Source of the DNA: an uncultured Gemmatimonadales bacterium
Lineage (GTDB): Bacteria; Gemmatimonadota; Gemmatimonadetes; Longimicrobiales; Gaopeijiaceae
Length of the DNA: 64,000 nt
Direction of reading: 5' to 3'
NCBI GenBank assembly: GCA_963823035.1
Contig: CAWGKG010000005.1
Span: forward strand, 1-64,000
Shown here piece after piece: positions 39,076-48,209 of this stretch. The notes under the pieces are model-generated. The model ran no database searches, had not been told where the DNA came from, and saw nothing but the letters and a program-made list of their open reading frames with translations. A program made the translations under genes and the position numbers. Within the stretch, counting starts at the first letter, position 1; every line of letters starts with the position of its first letter.

Positions 39076-39123
39076 GCCAAGCACCTCGGCAACTTCGACG
39101 AACGATGATCCGGGAAGCACGGG

Positions 39124-39381
39124 GTGAGCGATGCCACGCGGGAGCGAAGAGGGGCGATTCGTGACGCGATCCTGGCCTACCTGCGCCATCACCCCAGGGC
39201 TTCGGATTCCGTGACCGGCATCTGCTCATGGTGGCTACCGGAGGAAGGCGTGGAGGAGGAGCAGACGGTGGTCGAGGGGGTCCTGGAGGAGCTGGCCGTC
39301 GCGAGGTTGATCCGACGCTTCGAGCTTCCGGAGGGCACGGTGATCTTCGCGAGCGTCGAGCCCGACCGGCGCGGCGCCTGA
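39124..39381 (+). CDS. Small winged-helix-like protein, first gene of the eCIS operon
   Basis: ILAYLRHHPRASDSVTGICSWWL..VEGVLEELAVARLI. Confidence 0.65.
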   Translation: MSDATRERRGAIRDAILAYLRHHPRASDSVTGICSWWLPEEGVEEEQTVVEGVLEELAVARLIRRFELPEGTVIFASVEPDRRGA

Positions 39382-39408
39382 CCTGCGGAGAGGGTGGCGA
39401 ACTGAGCG

Positions 39409-40000
39409 ATGGCCAACGTCTGGGCGATCCACTCGGTGGGGAACTCCATCGTGACGTTCCTGCGCAACACCTATCCGACGCAGATCGGGGGCGTGGACCT
39501 GCCCGCGTGCACCTTCGAGCTGGTCTCCAGCGGGCAGCTCACCGGCGAGATCGCCGAGACGACGCGCGTCACGCTCTACCTCTACCGCATCACCGTCGAC
39601 GAGCACACGCGTCAGACCCGTCGCGCCGGCGCCTCCAGAGCCACGCCCGTTCCGCTGAGCCTGGACCTCCACTACCTCCTCACGGCGTGGGCGGCCAATC
39701 CGCTGGACGAGCAGGTCACGATGGCCTGGGCCATGCGCCAGCTGCACCAGGTGCCCGTGCTCGACCTGGCGATCCTGTCGCCGGAGGGAGGCTGGGGCCG
39801 CGACGAGAACCTCCATGTGCTGCCCGCCGAGCTGACCACCGAAGACGTCATGCGCATCTGGGACGCCCTGGAGCCGTCCTATCGCCTGTCGACCTCCTAC
39901 GTGGCCCGCGTGGTGCGGCTGGACCCGGACACCGACGACGAGACCTTCCGCGTCCGTGGTGGCTCGCCGGCTCGCCCTCGGCGAGGAGGAGCGAGGATGA
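39409..40000 (+). CDS. DUF4255 / Pvc16 (Afp16) cap protein (probable +1 indel near 39948)
   Basis: VTLYLYRITVDEH, PLSLDLHYLLTAW, IWDALEPSYRLSTSYVARVV. Removing one C gives FASVVARRLALGEEERG* overlapping the next ATG. Confidence 0.85.
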
Positions 40001-40806
40001 CGCGATCGCTCCGCGAGCTCGAACGGGTCGAGTCCCGGGCGCTCGCCGCCCTGCGCTTCGTCGACGCGTCCACCGGCACGCCCATCACGACCGCCCTGAC
40101 GCTGCGCGCGCCCGCCGGCGGCGTCGAGTGGCTACGCAGCGTGAGCGGGCTCCGCGTGGTCGCGAGTTGGACCGAGCTGGCCGCGCACGCCTCCTCCTTC
40201 GCGGAGCCTCCGGCCTCCCCGGCCGTCGGCTCGCGCGTTCTGCGGCTGACGGTCGACGATCCGACGGGCCTTCATCTCCCGCGCGCCGTGGCGCTCCCCC
40301 TCCCACGCGACCCCGACCCCGCGCACGTGGACCAGGCGGACTCGCTGTTCCGGGCGGTGGAGGTAGCGATGTATCCCACCGCCCGCACCTCGACGGGCGC
40401 GAACTGGTCGGTCGTGCGCGTGAGCCTGCGGGAGGGCGGGGGCGACGCCCTGGGAGGTGCCCTCCTGCGTGTGCGCCGTAACGGCGACGTGCTGGGTCGT
40501 GGGCTCACCGACGGCCGTGGGGAGGCCCTGGTGGCGCTACCGGGCGTGCCGATGGTGACGTTCGGTGAGGACGACGAGGCCGTGGTCGTCACCGAGATCG
40601 CCGTGACCCTCCAGGCCGTCTTCGACCCCTCCGCCGGGACCCGCATGTCCGCCGAGGACGTGGCCGCCGGGCGGCCGGCACCCGTACCCGTCGTCGACCC
40701 CGACGCCCTGGAGGCCGACGTCGACACGCTCCCGAACGCTTCGGCGCCGCTCACGATCGCGGCGCGTCGGAGCCAGACCCTCGCCATGACGCTCGATCTG
40801 CCATGA
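39997..40806 (+). CDS. eCIS-associated beta-sandwich hypothetical protein
   Basis: GAGG RBS + ATGA overlap; ALRFVDASTG..., GRGLTDGRGEALV. Confidence 0.65.
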   Translation: MTRSLRELERVESRALAALRFVDASTGTPITTALTLRAPAGGVEWLRSVSGLRVVASWTELAAHASSFAEPPASPAVGSRVLRLTVDDPTGLHLPRAVALPLPRDPDPAHVDQADSLFRAVEVAMYPTARTSTGANWSVVRVSLREGGGDALGGALLRVRRNGDVLGRGLTDGRGEALVALPGVPMVTFGEDDEAVVVTEIAVTLQAVFDPSAGTRMSAEDVAAGRPAPVPVVDPDALEADVDTLPNASAPLTIAARRSQTLAMTLDLP

Positions 40807-40853
40807 CGCCGACCGAGGTTGCCCCGTGACCGCACGCTGAGAGGAGACGATCC

Positions 40854-42635
40854 ATGCCAGAGTACCTCGCACCTGGTGTCTACGTCGAAGAGACGAGCTT
40901 CCGCGCGAAGTCCATCGAAGGCACCGGAACCAGCACGACCGCCTTCGTCGGCCCCACCCGTAAGGGGCCGGTCAGCGAAGGTGAGGACGCCCCTGAACGA
41001 CCGGAGTTGCTGACGAGCTTCGGGGACTTCGAGCGCATCTACGGCGGCCTGGGCGACCTGACGCTCGACGGGGAGAGCGTGCCCAACTACATCGCCCACG
41101 CCGCCCTGGGCTACTTCAACGAGGGCGGATCCCGCCTGTACGTCTCCCGGGTCATCGTGCCCTCGGAAGCCGCGGACGACGGCGGGGCGACGGCGTCGAG
41201 CGTGACGGTCCTCGACGGGGCCGACGCCGCCTCGAGCGTACGCTTCGACGCGCGCTTCCTCGGCAGCGCCGGCGACGGGCGGATCACGGTCATCGAGACC
41301 GTCGCCCCCGCCTCCGATCGCACGATGACCACGGCGCCCGACGGCACCCTCCTGCGCACCGGAGCCGGGGCCGGCGAGGCGCATCACCTGAAGGTCGCGG
41401 GCGCGTGGATTCCCGCGGACGACCTGGAGGGCGACGCCGCGGACGCGGCCGCGCTCGCCGCGGACGACCCGCGTATCGTCACGCTCCTGGTGGTGGCGCG
41501 CGACGCGGACGGCAACGAGCTGAGCTGGGAGGACCTGGGCTACGACACGCGGCACCCACGCGGCGTGGGACACGTGCTCGCGGCGCGGCCGGCGCGGCGC
41601 GCCGACCATCTGCAGAACGCCTTCGCGATCGTGGTGGGCGCCGACGTGAGCGCCCTCGCCCTGCACGACGCGCTCTTCACGGGGGCGACCGCCGACGCGC
41701 AGGGACGGCAACAGCGGGCGTGGGCGCTGACCGGCGGCGGCGACGGGGCGACACCCACCGCCGACGCCTACACGGACGCGCTCTGGGAGGTGGCCAACCT
41801 CGAGGACGTGGCGATCGTGGCGGCGCCCGGCTCGAGCGCCTACGGCGACGTGGACGCCGCGCGCGGGATCATGAACGCGCTGGTGGCGCACGCCGAGGCA
41901 CGCAGGGCCTACCGGATCGCGGTGCTGGACACCCCGCCCGAGCAGACCCCGGGGGAGGTGCGCGAGCTGCGCGGCCAGCTCGACTCGCGCTACGCGGCGC
42001 TCTACTACCCCTGGCTGATCGCACCCAACCCGAACGCGCGCCCGGGACGCGAGGACATCCCGCGGGAGATCGCGCTCCCGCCGTCGGGCTACGTGTGCGG
42101 CATCTACGCGCGCAACGACGTCCAGCGCGGGGTGCACAAGGCGCCGGCCAACGAGGTGGTGCGCTCCGCCATCCGCTTCGAGGTCGACATCAACTTCGGC
42201 CAGCAGGAGGTGCTGAACCCGATCGGCGTCAACTGCCTCCGCCTGCTGCCGGGGCGGGGCTACAGGGTGTGGGGCGCCCGCCTGATCTCGTCCGATCCGG
42301 AGTGGAAGTACGTCTCCGACCGCAGGTACTTCAACTACCTCGAAGCGTCCATCGACCGGGGCACCCAGTGGGCCGTGTTCGAGCCCAACGGGGAGCGGCT
42401 GTGGGCCAACGTGCGCCAGACGATCAGCGACTTCCTCTACAACGAGTGGAGGAACGGCGCGCTGCTCGGCTCCACCCCGGACGAGGCGTACTTCGTGCGC
42501 TGCGATCGCAGCACGATGACCCAGAACGACCTGGACAACGGCCGCCTGATCTGCCTGATCGGCGTGGCCATCATCAAGCCGGCGGAGTTCGTGATCTTCC
42601 GCATCGGCCAGAAGACCGCCGACGCCCGAGCCTGA
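40854..42635 (+). CDS. Contractile tail sheath protein
   Basis: MPEYLAPGVYVEE, AALYYPW, PPSGYVCGIYAR, GVHKAPAN, QWAVFEPN, KPAEFVIFRI. Confidence 0.96.
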   Translation: MPEYLAPGVYVEETSFRAKSIEGTGTSTTAFVGPTRKGPVSEGEDAPERPELLTSFGDFERIYGGLGDLTLDGESVPNYIAHAALGYFNEGGSRLYVSRVIVPSEAADDGGATASSVTVLDGADAASSVRFDARFLGSAGDGRITVIETVAPASDRTMTTAPDGTLLRTGAGAGEAHHLKVAGAWIPADDLEGDAADAAALAADDPRIVTLLVVARDADGNELSWEDLGYDTRHPRGVGHVLAARPARRADHLQNAFAIVVGADVSALALHDALFTGATADAQGRQQRAWALTGGGDGATPTADAYTDALWEVANLEDVAIVAAPGSSAYGDVDAARGIMNALVAHAEARRAYRIAVLDTPPEQTPGEVRELRGQLDSRYAALYYPWLIAPNPNARPGREDIPREIALPPSGYVCGIYARNDVQRGVHKAPANEVVRSAIRFEVDINFGQQEVLNPIGVNCLRLLPGRGYRVWGARLISSDPEWKYVSDRRYFNYLEASIDRGTQWAVFEPNGERLWANVRQTISDFLYNEWRNGALLGSTPDEAYFVRCDRSTMTQNDLDNGRLICLIGVAIIKPAEFVIFRIGQKTADARA

Positions 42636-42649
42636 GAGGAGCCTGACCC

Positions 42650-43093
42650 ATGGCCAACCGGACCGCGCCCTACGGCGCCTTCAACTACCTCGTGAACTTC
42701 GACGGTGGCGAGATCTTCGGCGGGTTCTCGGACGTGTCGGGCATCGGCACGGAGCTCACCGTGGCCGAGTACCGCAACGGCAACGACAAGGAGAACCACG
42801 TCCGCAAGATCGCGGGCGTGCACAAGATCTCGGACGTCACCTGCAAGCGCGGCATCGTCAACTCGCAGTCGCTGTGGGACTGGATCAAGAACGCGCGCGT
42901 GGCCGGTCCCAGCGCCCAGAAGACGGTCACCATCACCCTGCTCGACGAGTCGCAGCAGGCGGTGCAGTCGTGGGTGCTGCGCGGCGTGATCCCGATGAAG
43001 TACACCGGCCCCACGCTCGCCGGGAAGGGCGGAGGGGACGTGGCGATGGAAGAGGTCGTGCTCTCGGCCGAGGGGATGGAGATCGAGACGTGA
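42650..43093 (+). CDS. Tail tube protein (T4 gp19-like, Afp1)
   Basis: PYGAFNY, GGFSDVSGI, EYRNGN, VTCKRG. Confidence 0.94.
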   Translation: MANRTAPYGAFNYLVNFDGGEIFGGFSDVSGIGTELTVAEYRNGNDKENHVRKIAGVHKISDVTCKRGIVNSQSLWDWIKNARVAGPSAQKTVTITLLDESQQAVQSWVLRGVIPMKYTGPTLAGKGGGDVAMEEVVLSAEGMEIET

Positions 43094-43100
43094 GCGCGCG

Positions 43101-44678
43101 ATGCTGAGCGGGCTGGACTTCGAGACCGCCGAGCCCGGTGCTCCCGCGGCCCCGAACCGAGCCGACGTCGCCTGCTTCGTCGGCTTCGTGGGAAGGCGGG
43201 TCGGCGTGCCCGTGCCGGCCGCGGTGCGCGACCAGCTGCGTGCCGCGGGGTGGGTCGACGGACCGTGGGCGCTCGATCCGGATCGCATCGACGCGCTGTT
43301 GCAGGTCCCGGTCGTCCTCGACGGGTGGAACGCCTTCGACCGCCTGTTCGCGTGGAACGCGCGTACGGTGCGCGCGGGGGAGCCGGGGGTGTGCGCCGGC
43401 TACCTGGGCGCCGCCGTGCGGAGCTTCTTCGCACACGGGGGGCGGCGGCTCGTCCTCGTGCGCGCCGGGGACCCGTGGCCCTACCTGGACGGGGAGGCGC
43501 GCACCGTGGCGCGCACCGCCCGCATCGAGGCGCTGGTGCCCTCGCTCGGCGAGGCGCCGCGTCCGTTCGACGCGACGGACCCGCGCACCTGGCGCGGGAT
43601 CCAGCACCTCTACGGTCTCGGGGAGGTGAGCCACGTGTGCCTCCCGGACCTGGCGGACCTCTTCGCCGCCGACCCGCCGGACGTACCCGTGGAGCGTGCC
43701 TCCGCACCGTCGCCCGAGGTGTTCGTGCCCTGCAGCGTCGATGAGCCGGCGACGCCCGTGGACCGGGGCCTCCGCTTCGTGTCCGCGCCGCGCCTCGACG
43801 CGGCGGGATACGGCGCGTGGGCGGGTACGGTCGCGGCGACCCGTACCTTCCTCGCGCGCCACCGGCGCGACGCGCTCATGGTGGCCACGCTCCCCCTCCC
43901 GCAGACCGAGGCACGGGACCCGTCGCCGGGAGGTGTCCACGCGGGCACCGACTGGCTCGCGTTCCTTCATGGCACCGGCGTGCTCGAGGGCGTAGGGACC
44001 ACGGACGCCGCGGCGGCCGCGAGCGCGTTCGTGCACCTCGCGTGGCCCTGGCTCAGGACGACGAGCGCGGAGGACCTGCCCGAGCAGATCGAGCCCGCCG
44101 GCGGTTTGCTCGCCGGCCTGCTCGCCGCCAACGCCCTCGCGCGCGGCACCTTCCGCTCCGTCGCGGGCACGCCGCTTCCGCGGGTGATCGCGCCGGTGCC
44201 GATGCCCGACCTCGGCCTGGGGCCCGACAGCCCCACGGCACGCCTGGCCGAGCGCGTCTGCCTGATCGGACCCGAGACGGACGGCGTGACCCTCCTGTCC
44301 GACGTGACCAGCTCGCCCGACCGGGCGTGGCGCCCCGGGGGCGTGAGCCGGCTGATGTCCACCGTGCTGAGGGCGGCCCGCCGGGTTGGCGAGGAACAGC
44401 TGTTCGAGGCCAACGGCCCGGAGTTGTGGACCCGGATCCGCCGTGCCATGGAGGATCTCCTCGACGCCTTCGTCCGCGCCGGCGCCCTGGAGGCGCGGGG
44501 CCGCGAGCCGGCCTACGAGGTGCGCTGCGACCAGACCACGATGACGCAGAACGACCTCGACAACGGACGGGTCCGCGTGCACATCACGGTGGCGCCCGCG
44601 GCTGCGGTGGAGCGCATCACCGTCTCGCTCGAGCTCGGGGCGGGCGGCGCCGCTTCCGGGCTGCGTGAGGTGGCGTGA
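43101..44678 (+). CDS. Second, divergent sheath-like protein
   Basis: RADVACFVGF, YLGAAVRSFFAHGG, CLPDL, LFEANGPELW, VRCDQTTMTQNDLDNGR. Confidence 0.82.
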   Translation: MLSGLDFETAEPGAPAAPNRADVACFVGFVGRRVGVPVPAAVRDQLRAAGWVDGPWALDPDRIDALLQVPVVLDGWNAFDRLFAWNARTVRAGEPGVCAGYLGAAVRSFFAHGGRRLVLVRAGDPWPYLDGEARTVARTARIEALVPSLGEAPRPFDATDPRTWRGIQHLYGLGEVSHVCLPDLADLFAADPPDVPVERASAPSPEVFVPCSVDEPATPVDRGLRFVSAPRLDAAGYGAWAGTVAATRTFLARHRRDALMVATLPLPQTEARDPSPGGVHAGTDWLAFLHGTGVLEGVGTTDAAAAASAFVHLAWPWLRTTSAEDLPEQIEPAGGLLAGLLAANALARGTFRSVAGTPLPRVIAPVPMPDLGLGPDSPTARLAERVCLIGPETDGVTLLSDVTSSPDRAWRPGGVSRLMSTVLRAARRVGEEQLFEANGPELWTRIRRAMEDLLDAFVRAGALEARGREPAYEVRCDQTTMTQNDLDNGRVRVHITVAPAAAVERITVSLELGAGGAASGLREVA

Positions 44679-45154
44679 TGAGCGAGAGCGCACCCCTCCA
44701 CGTGTTCCGCTTCCACGTGACCTTCAAGCGCGATGCGCTCCAGGGCGCCCCGTCCGGCGGGCCCGTCGACCTGTGCAGGGGCTCGTTCGCCGAATGCACG
44801 GGCCTCGAAGCCACCATGGAGCCGAAGGTCATCAAGGCGGGCGGCATGAACTACGGGTCCCCCCAGCGGGCGGGCCCGGTGAGCTTCTCGACCGTCGTGC
44901 TCAAGCGCGGTATGACGTCGACGCGGGACCTGTGGCAGTGGTTCCAGTCCGTGGCGGGTGGCGGCTACGCGATGCGGTTGTCCGTCGAGATCGCGATGCA
45001 CGACACGCGCGGGGAAACCGTGCACACCTGGGGCCTCAAGCGGGCGATGCCCGTGAAGTTCAAGGCCGCCGACCTGAACGCGCGCGGCACCGAGATCGGG
45101 GTGGAAGAGCTCCACCTGGCCCACGAAGGGCTGCAACTCCTGGGCAGCGGCTGA
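44678..45154 (+). CDS. Second tail tube protein (Afp5-like)
   Basis: FRFHV, GSFAECTGLE, VVLKRGM, IGVEELHLAHEG. Confidence 0.92.
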   Translation: MSESAPLHVFRFHVTFKRDALQGAPSGGPVDLCRGSFAECTGLEATMEPKVIKAGGMNYGSPQRAGPVSFSTVVLKRGMTSTRDLWQWFQSVAGGGYAMRLSVEIAMHDTRGETVHTWGLKRAMPVKFKAADLNARGTEIGVEELHLAHEGLQLLGSG

Positions 45155-45164
45155 GGAGAAGACG

Positions 45165-46217
45165 ATGACGACTCCGGAGCTGGAACGCGTGGAGCTGGCG
45201 CACTTCAAGACGTTGCCGCCGGGCGGCGCGCCGAGCGTCGAGTTCGACGTGCACTTCAACCCGACGTCGCTGCAGCACACCATCTCCAACACGCTCAAGG
45301 ACGAGGGGAGCGGAGGCCGCACGAAGCAGTTCGTGGACAAGACGACCGCGAAGCTCAGCATGCAGCTCGTGTTCGACACCACGGACACGGGCGAGGACGT
45401 GCGCGTCCACACGGACAAGGTGGCGAAGCTGCTGCAGCCGGTCGCCGAGGACCAGAAGCAGGTGCCGCCCAACGTCGAGTTCAGTTGGGGCCTCTACAGC
45501 TTCCTCGGCATGGTGGAGCAGTACAAGGAGACCATCGACTTCTTCGCGGCGAGCGGTGTGCCGTTGCGCTCCACCGTGGACATCTCGCTCGCCAGCCAGG
45601 ACGTGCAGTTCGACAGCGCGAAGAACCCGCCGGCGAGCGTGGACGGCGACCTTGGACCGGAGCCTTCGGTGCTCGCCGGGGGCGGTGGACCGAGCGGTCT
45701 CGCGAGCGCCCTGGGCGATCCGCGCGCGGCGCGGGCCATCGCGTCGGCCAACGGGTCGGTATCGCTCCGCTTCGGCGCCGAGGCCGGCCTGGCCGTCGGT
45801 GCGTCCGTCGAGCTGAAGGCGGAGGCCGCCTTCTCCGCGGGCGCGAGCGCGGGCATCGGTATCGGTGCGAGCGCCGGCATCGGCATCGGAGCGGGTGCAG
45901 GCATCGGTATCGGTGCGGGCGCGGGCATCGGCATCGGTGCGAGCGCGGGCATCAGCGGCGGTGCGAGCGCGGGCATCGGCGGCGGGGCCTCGGCCGGCGC
46001 CTCCGGCGCTGCCTTCGCCGCCCTCCGTACGGGCGTCTCCGCCTCCACGTCCATGCCCAGCGGTCGGCCTCTGCTCAGCGCGTCCTCGAGCGCCGGCGCG
46101 GTCGGCGGCGGCGCCAGCTTCGGCCTGGGCGGCAAGGCGGAGACCCAGGCCGGCGCCAGCCTTGGCGCGGACGTCGGCGCCGGCGCCGACCTCAACACCC
46201 TCATCCGGTTCGAATAG
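45165..46217 (+). CDS. CIS tube-initiator protein (Afp7-like) with Gly/Ala-rich tail
   Basis: VHFNPTSL, LVFDTT, VEFSWG, IDFFAASGVPLRSTVDISL; no LysM. Confidence 0.82.
   Translation: MTTPELERVELAHFKTLPPGGAPSVEFDVHFNPTSLQHTISNTLKDEGSGGRTKQFVDKTTAKLSMQLVFDTTDTGEDVRVHTDKVAKLLQPVAEDQKQVPPNVEFSWGLYSFLGMVEQYKETIDFFAASGVPLRSTVDISLASQDVQFDSAKNPPASVDGDLGPEPSVLAGGGGPSGLASALGDPRAARAIASANGSVSLRFGAEAGLAVGASVELKAEAAFSAGASAGIGIGASAGIGIGAGAGIGIGAGAGIGIGASAGISGGASAGIGGGASAGASGAAFAALRTGVSASTSMPSGRPLLSASSSAGAVGGGASFGLGGKAETQAGASLGADVGAGADLNTLIRFE
45840..46000 (+). repeat. 24-bp coding tandem repeat (GA[S/G]AGI[G/S][I/G]) about x6
   Basis: GASAGIGI GASAGIGI GAGAGIGI GAGAGIGI GASAGISG GASAGIGG. Confidence 0.85.
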
Positions 46218-46235
46218 CCACGCGGGAGCGTCGAG

Positions 46236-46406
46236 ATGCCCATCGTCTTCGAAGAGGTCAGCGGGGAGATCGTCCCCGAAGCGCGCGCGGAGCGCCCCGG
46301 TGAGGCCGTGCGTGCCCCGGCGCCGTCGCCCGCGGAGCTGGACGACCGGATCCGCTTGGTGCTCGCTCGTGAGCGCCGCCGCGCCCAGCGGCTCTCGGAC
46401 CGATAG
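46236..46406 (+). CDS. 56-aa hypothetical protein (not in ORF track)
   Basis: GGGAG RBS; MPIVFEEVSGEIVPE..ELDDRIRLVLARERRRAQRLSDR*; fills the gap between two operon genes. Confidence 0.7.
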   Translation: MPIVFEEVSGEIVPEARAERPGEAVRAPAPSPAELDDRIRLVLARERRRAQRLSDR

Positions 46407-46415
46407 GACACGGCC

Positions 46416-47504
46416 ATGCCCGCCAGCGACTCCCACGACCCGATCTACCGCGCGCGGCCGACGCTCCGCTTCAACGGAGAGCCGGATTCGCGGGCCAGTG
46501 AGCTCGTGCAGAGCATGCTCATGAGCGAGGCCGAAGGCGGGATGCGCGCGCTCGAGCTCGGGCTGTCCAACTGGGCGAGCACGCGCGACGGTGGGGCGGA
46601 GCTGGCCTTCGGCGCAGACACGCGCCTGCGGCTGGGTGCCGAGATCGAGGTCTACGGAGGGGAGGTCGACCAGCCACGCGAGCTCTTCCGTGGCCATATC
46701 ACGGGCCTCGAGGCGCATCACGAGCGCGGCCGCCCTCCCGAGCTCCTGGTCTTCGCGGAGGACGCCCTCCTGGGCGCTCGCATGGTCCGACGGAGCCGCG
46801 TGTTCCGCGACCAATCGCCCGCGGACATCGTGCGCACGATCGCCTCGGGGCTCTCGCTCCAACCCGTGGTGGCGGGCCTGGATGCCCCCGTGCAGACGTG
46901 GGCGCAGCTCGACGAGACCGACCTGGCGTTCGTGCGCCGGATCCTCGCGCGCTTGGACGCCGACGTTCAGGTCGTGGGGACGGAGCTGCACGTGTCCCCG
47001 CGGGCGCAGGTGCGGCGCGCGGACCTCACGCTGAGCGCGGAGGACGACCTCCGATCGATCAACGTGTGCGCGGACCTGGCGGAACAGGTCACGAGCCTGA
47101 GCGTGCGCGGGTGGGACGTGGCGCAGGGGCAGGCGGTGAAGGCGGAGCTGCACCAGGGGACGAACCTCGGCCCGGGTCGGGGCCGCAACGGCTCGGAGGT
47201 GCTGCAGGAGGCGCTCGGCGACCGACCGGACAACGTCGGCCACCTCGCCGTGGGTAGCCAGGACGAGGCGCAGGCGCTGGCCGAGGCCGCCTTCGACCGC
47301 CGCGCGCGGCGCTTCGTGCGCGCCACGGGCGTCACGGAAGGCAACCCGAGCCTCCGCGTCGGCGTGCACCTGCGCATCACGGGTCTCGGGACGCGCTTCG
47401 ACAACGAGTACTACGTCGCGAGCACGCGGCACCGCTTCGATCTGCACGAGGGCTACCGCACCGAGTTCACGGCCGAATGCGCCTTCGTGGGAGGCGATGC
47501 CTGA
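46416..47504 (+). CDS. Phage late control D / baseplate hub (gp27-like)
   Basis: LFRGHITGLE, AQLDETDLAFVRRI, GNPSLRVG, HRFDLHEGYRTEF. Confidence 0.9.
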   Translation: MPASDSHDPIYRARPTLRFNGEPDSRASELVQSMLMSEAEGGMRALELGLSNWASTRDGGAELAFGADTRLRLGAEIEVYGGEVDQPRELFRGHITGLEAHHERGRPPELLVFAEDALLGARMVRRSRVFRDQSPADIVRTIASGLSLQPVVAGLDAPVQTWAQLDETDLAFVRRILARLDADVQVVGTELHVSPRAQVRRADLTLSAEDDLRSINVCADLAEQVTSLSVRGWDVAQGQAVKAELHQGTNLGPGRGRNGSEVLQEALGDRPDNVGHLAVGSQDEAQALAEAAFDRRARRFVRATGVTEGNPSLRVGVHLRITGLGTRFDNEYYVASTRHRFDLHEGYRTEFTAECAFVGGDA

Positions 47505-48202
47505 TGGACGGTTGCTCGCACCTGGCTCCCCTCCTGGAGCGCCCGGCCGGCTGGCTGTACGGTGCGCACCTGGCCCGCGTGGTCTCGATCGACGATCCGC
47601 AGGGCGCGAACCGCGTCCAGGTCCGCCTGGTCGCGTGCGACGACGCCGAGGAGCAGGACGCTCCGCTGTGGGCGCGCGTGGTGTGTCCCTTCGCCGGCCA
47701 GGACCGGGGCGCGTTCCTGATTCCGGACGTCGACGACGAGGTGCTGGTCGCGTTCCACAACGGCGACCCCTCCTACCCCCTCGTGCTGGGTGGCCTCTGG
47801 AACGGGAGCGCCACGCCGCCCGCCGAGATCGGCTCGGACGGGAATCGCTACAAGCGGCTCCGCTCGAAGAACGGCGTGACGATAACGCTGGACGACCAGT
47901 CCGGGCAGGAGGCCTTCGTCGCGGAGACGCCCGGTGGACAGCGCATCACGCTCCGCGACGGTCCGGGCACCGTCGTGATCGAGGACGCCAACGGCAACTC
48001 GATCGAGCTCGCCACCTCCGGCATCACCGTGACGGCCGCGGCCAAGGTGAAGGTGGAGGCGGCCAAGGTGGAGGTCAGCGCCGGGATGGTGGACGTGAAC
48101 GCGGCCATGGCGAAGTTCTCGGGCGTGGTGCAGTGCCAGACGTTGATCGCCACAGCCGTGGTGTCGTCCTCGTACACGCCCGGCGCGGGCAACGTCTGGT
48201 AG
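47504..48202 (+). CDS. Baseplate assembly protein V / spike (gp5 OB-fold)
   Basis: DPQGANRVQV, WARV, IPDVDDEVLVAFHNGDPSYPLVLGGLWNG. Confidence 0.92.
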   Translation: MDGCSHLAPLLERPAGWLYGAHLARVVSIDDPQGANRVQVRLVACDDAEEQDAPLWARVVCPFAGQDRGAFLIPDVDDEVLVAFHNGDPSYPLVLGGLWNGSATPPAEIGSDGNRYKRLRSKNGVTITLDDQSGQEAFVAETPGGQRITLRDGPGTVVIEDANGNSIELATSGITVTAAAKVKVEAAKVEVSAGMVDVNAAMAKFSGVVQCQTLIATAVVSSSYTPGAGNVW

Positions 48203-48209
48203 GCCGACG

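Noticed and set aside
39409..40806. 465-aa Pvc16 fusion protein
   Set aside because: One extra base near 39948 hides a stop overlapping an RBS-preceded ATG at 39997; probably two genes.
45840..46000. Possible CRISPR array or non-coding repeat
   Set aside because: In-frame coding repeat without spacers; no cas genes in the window.
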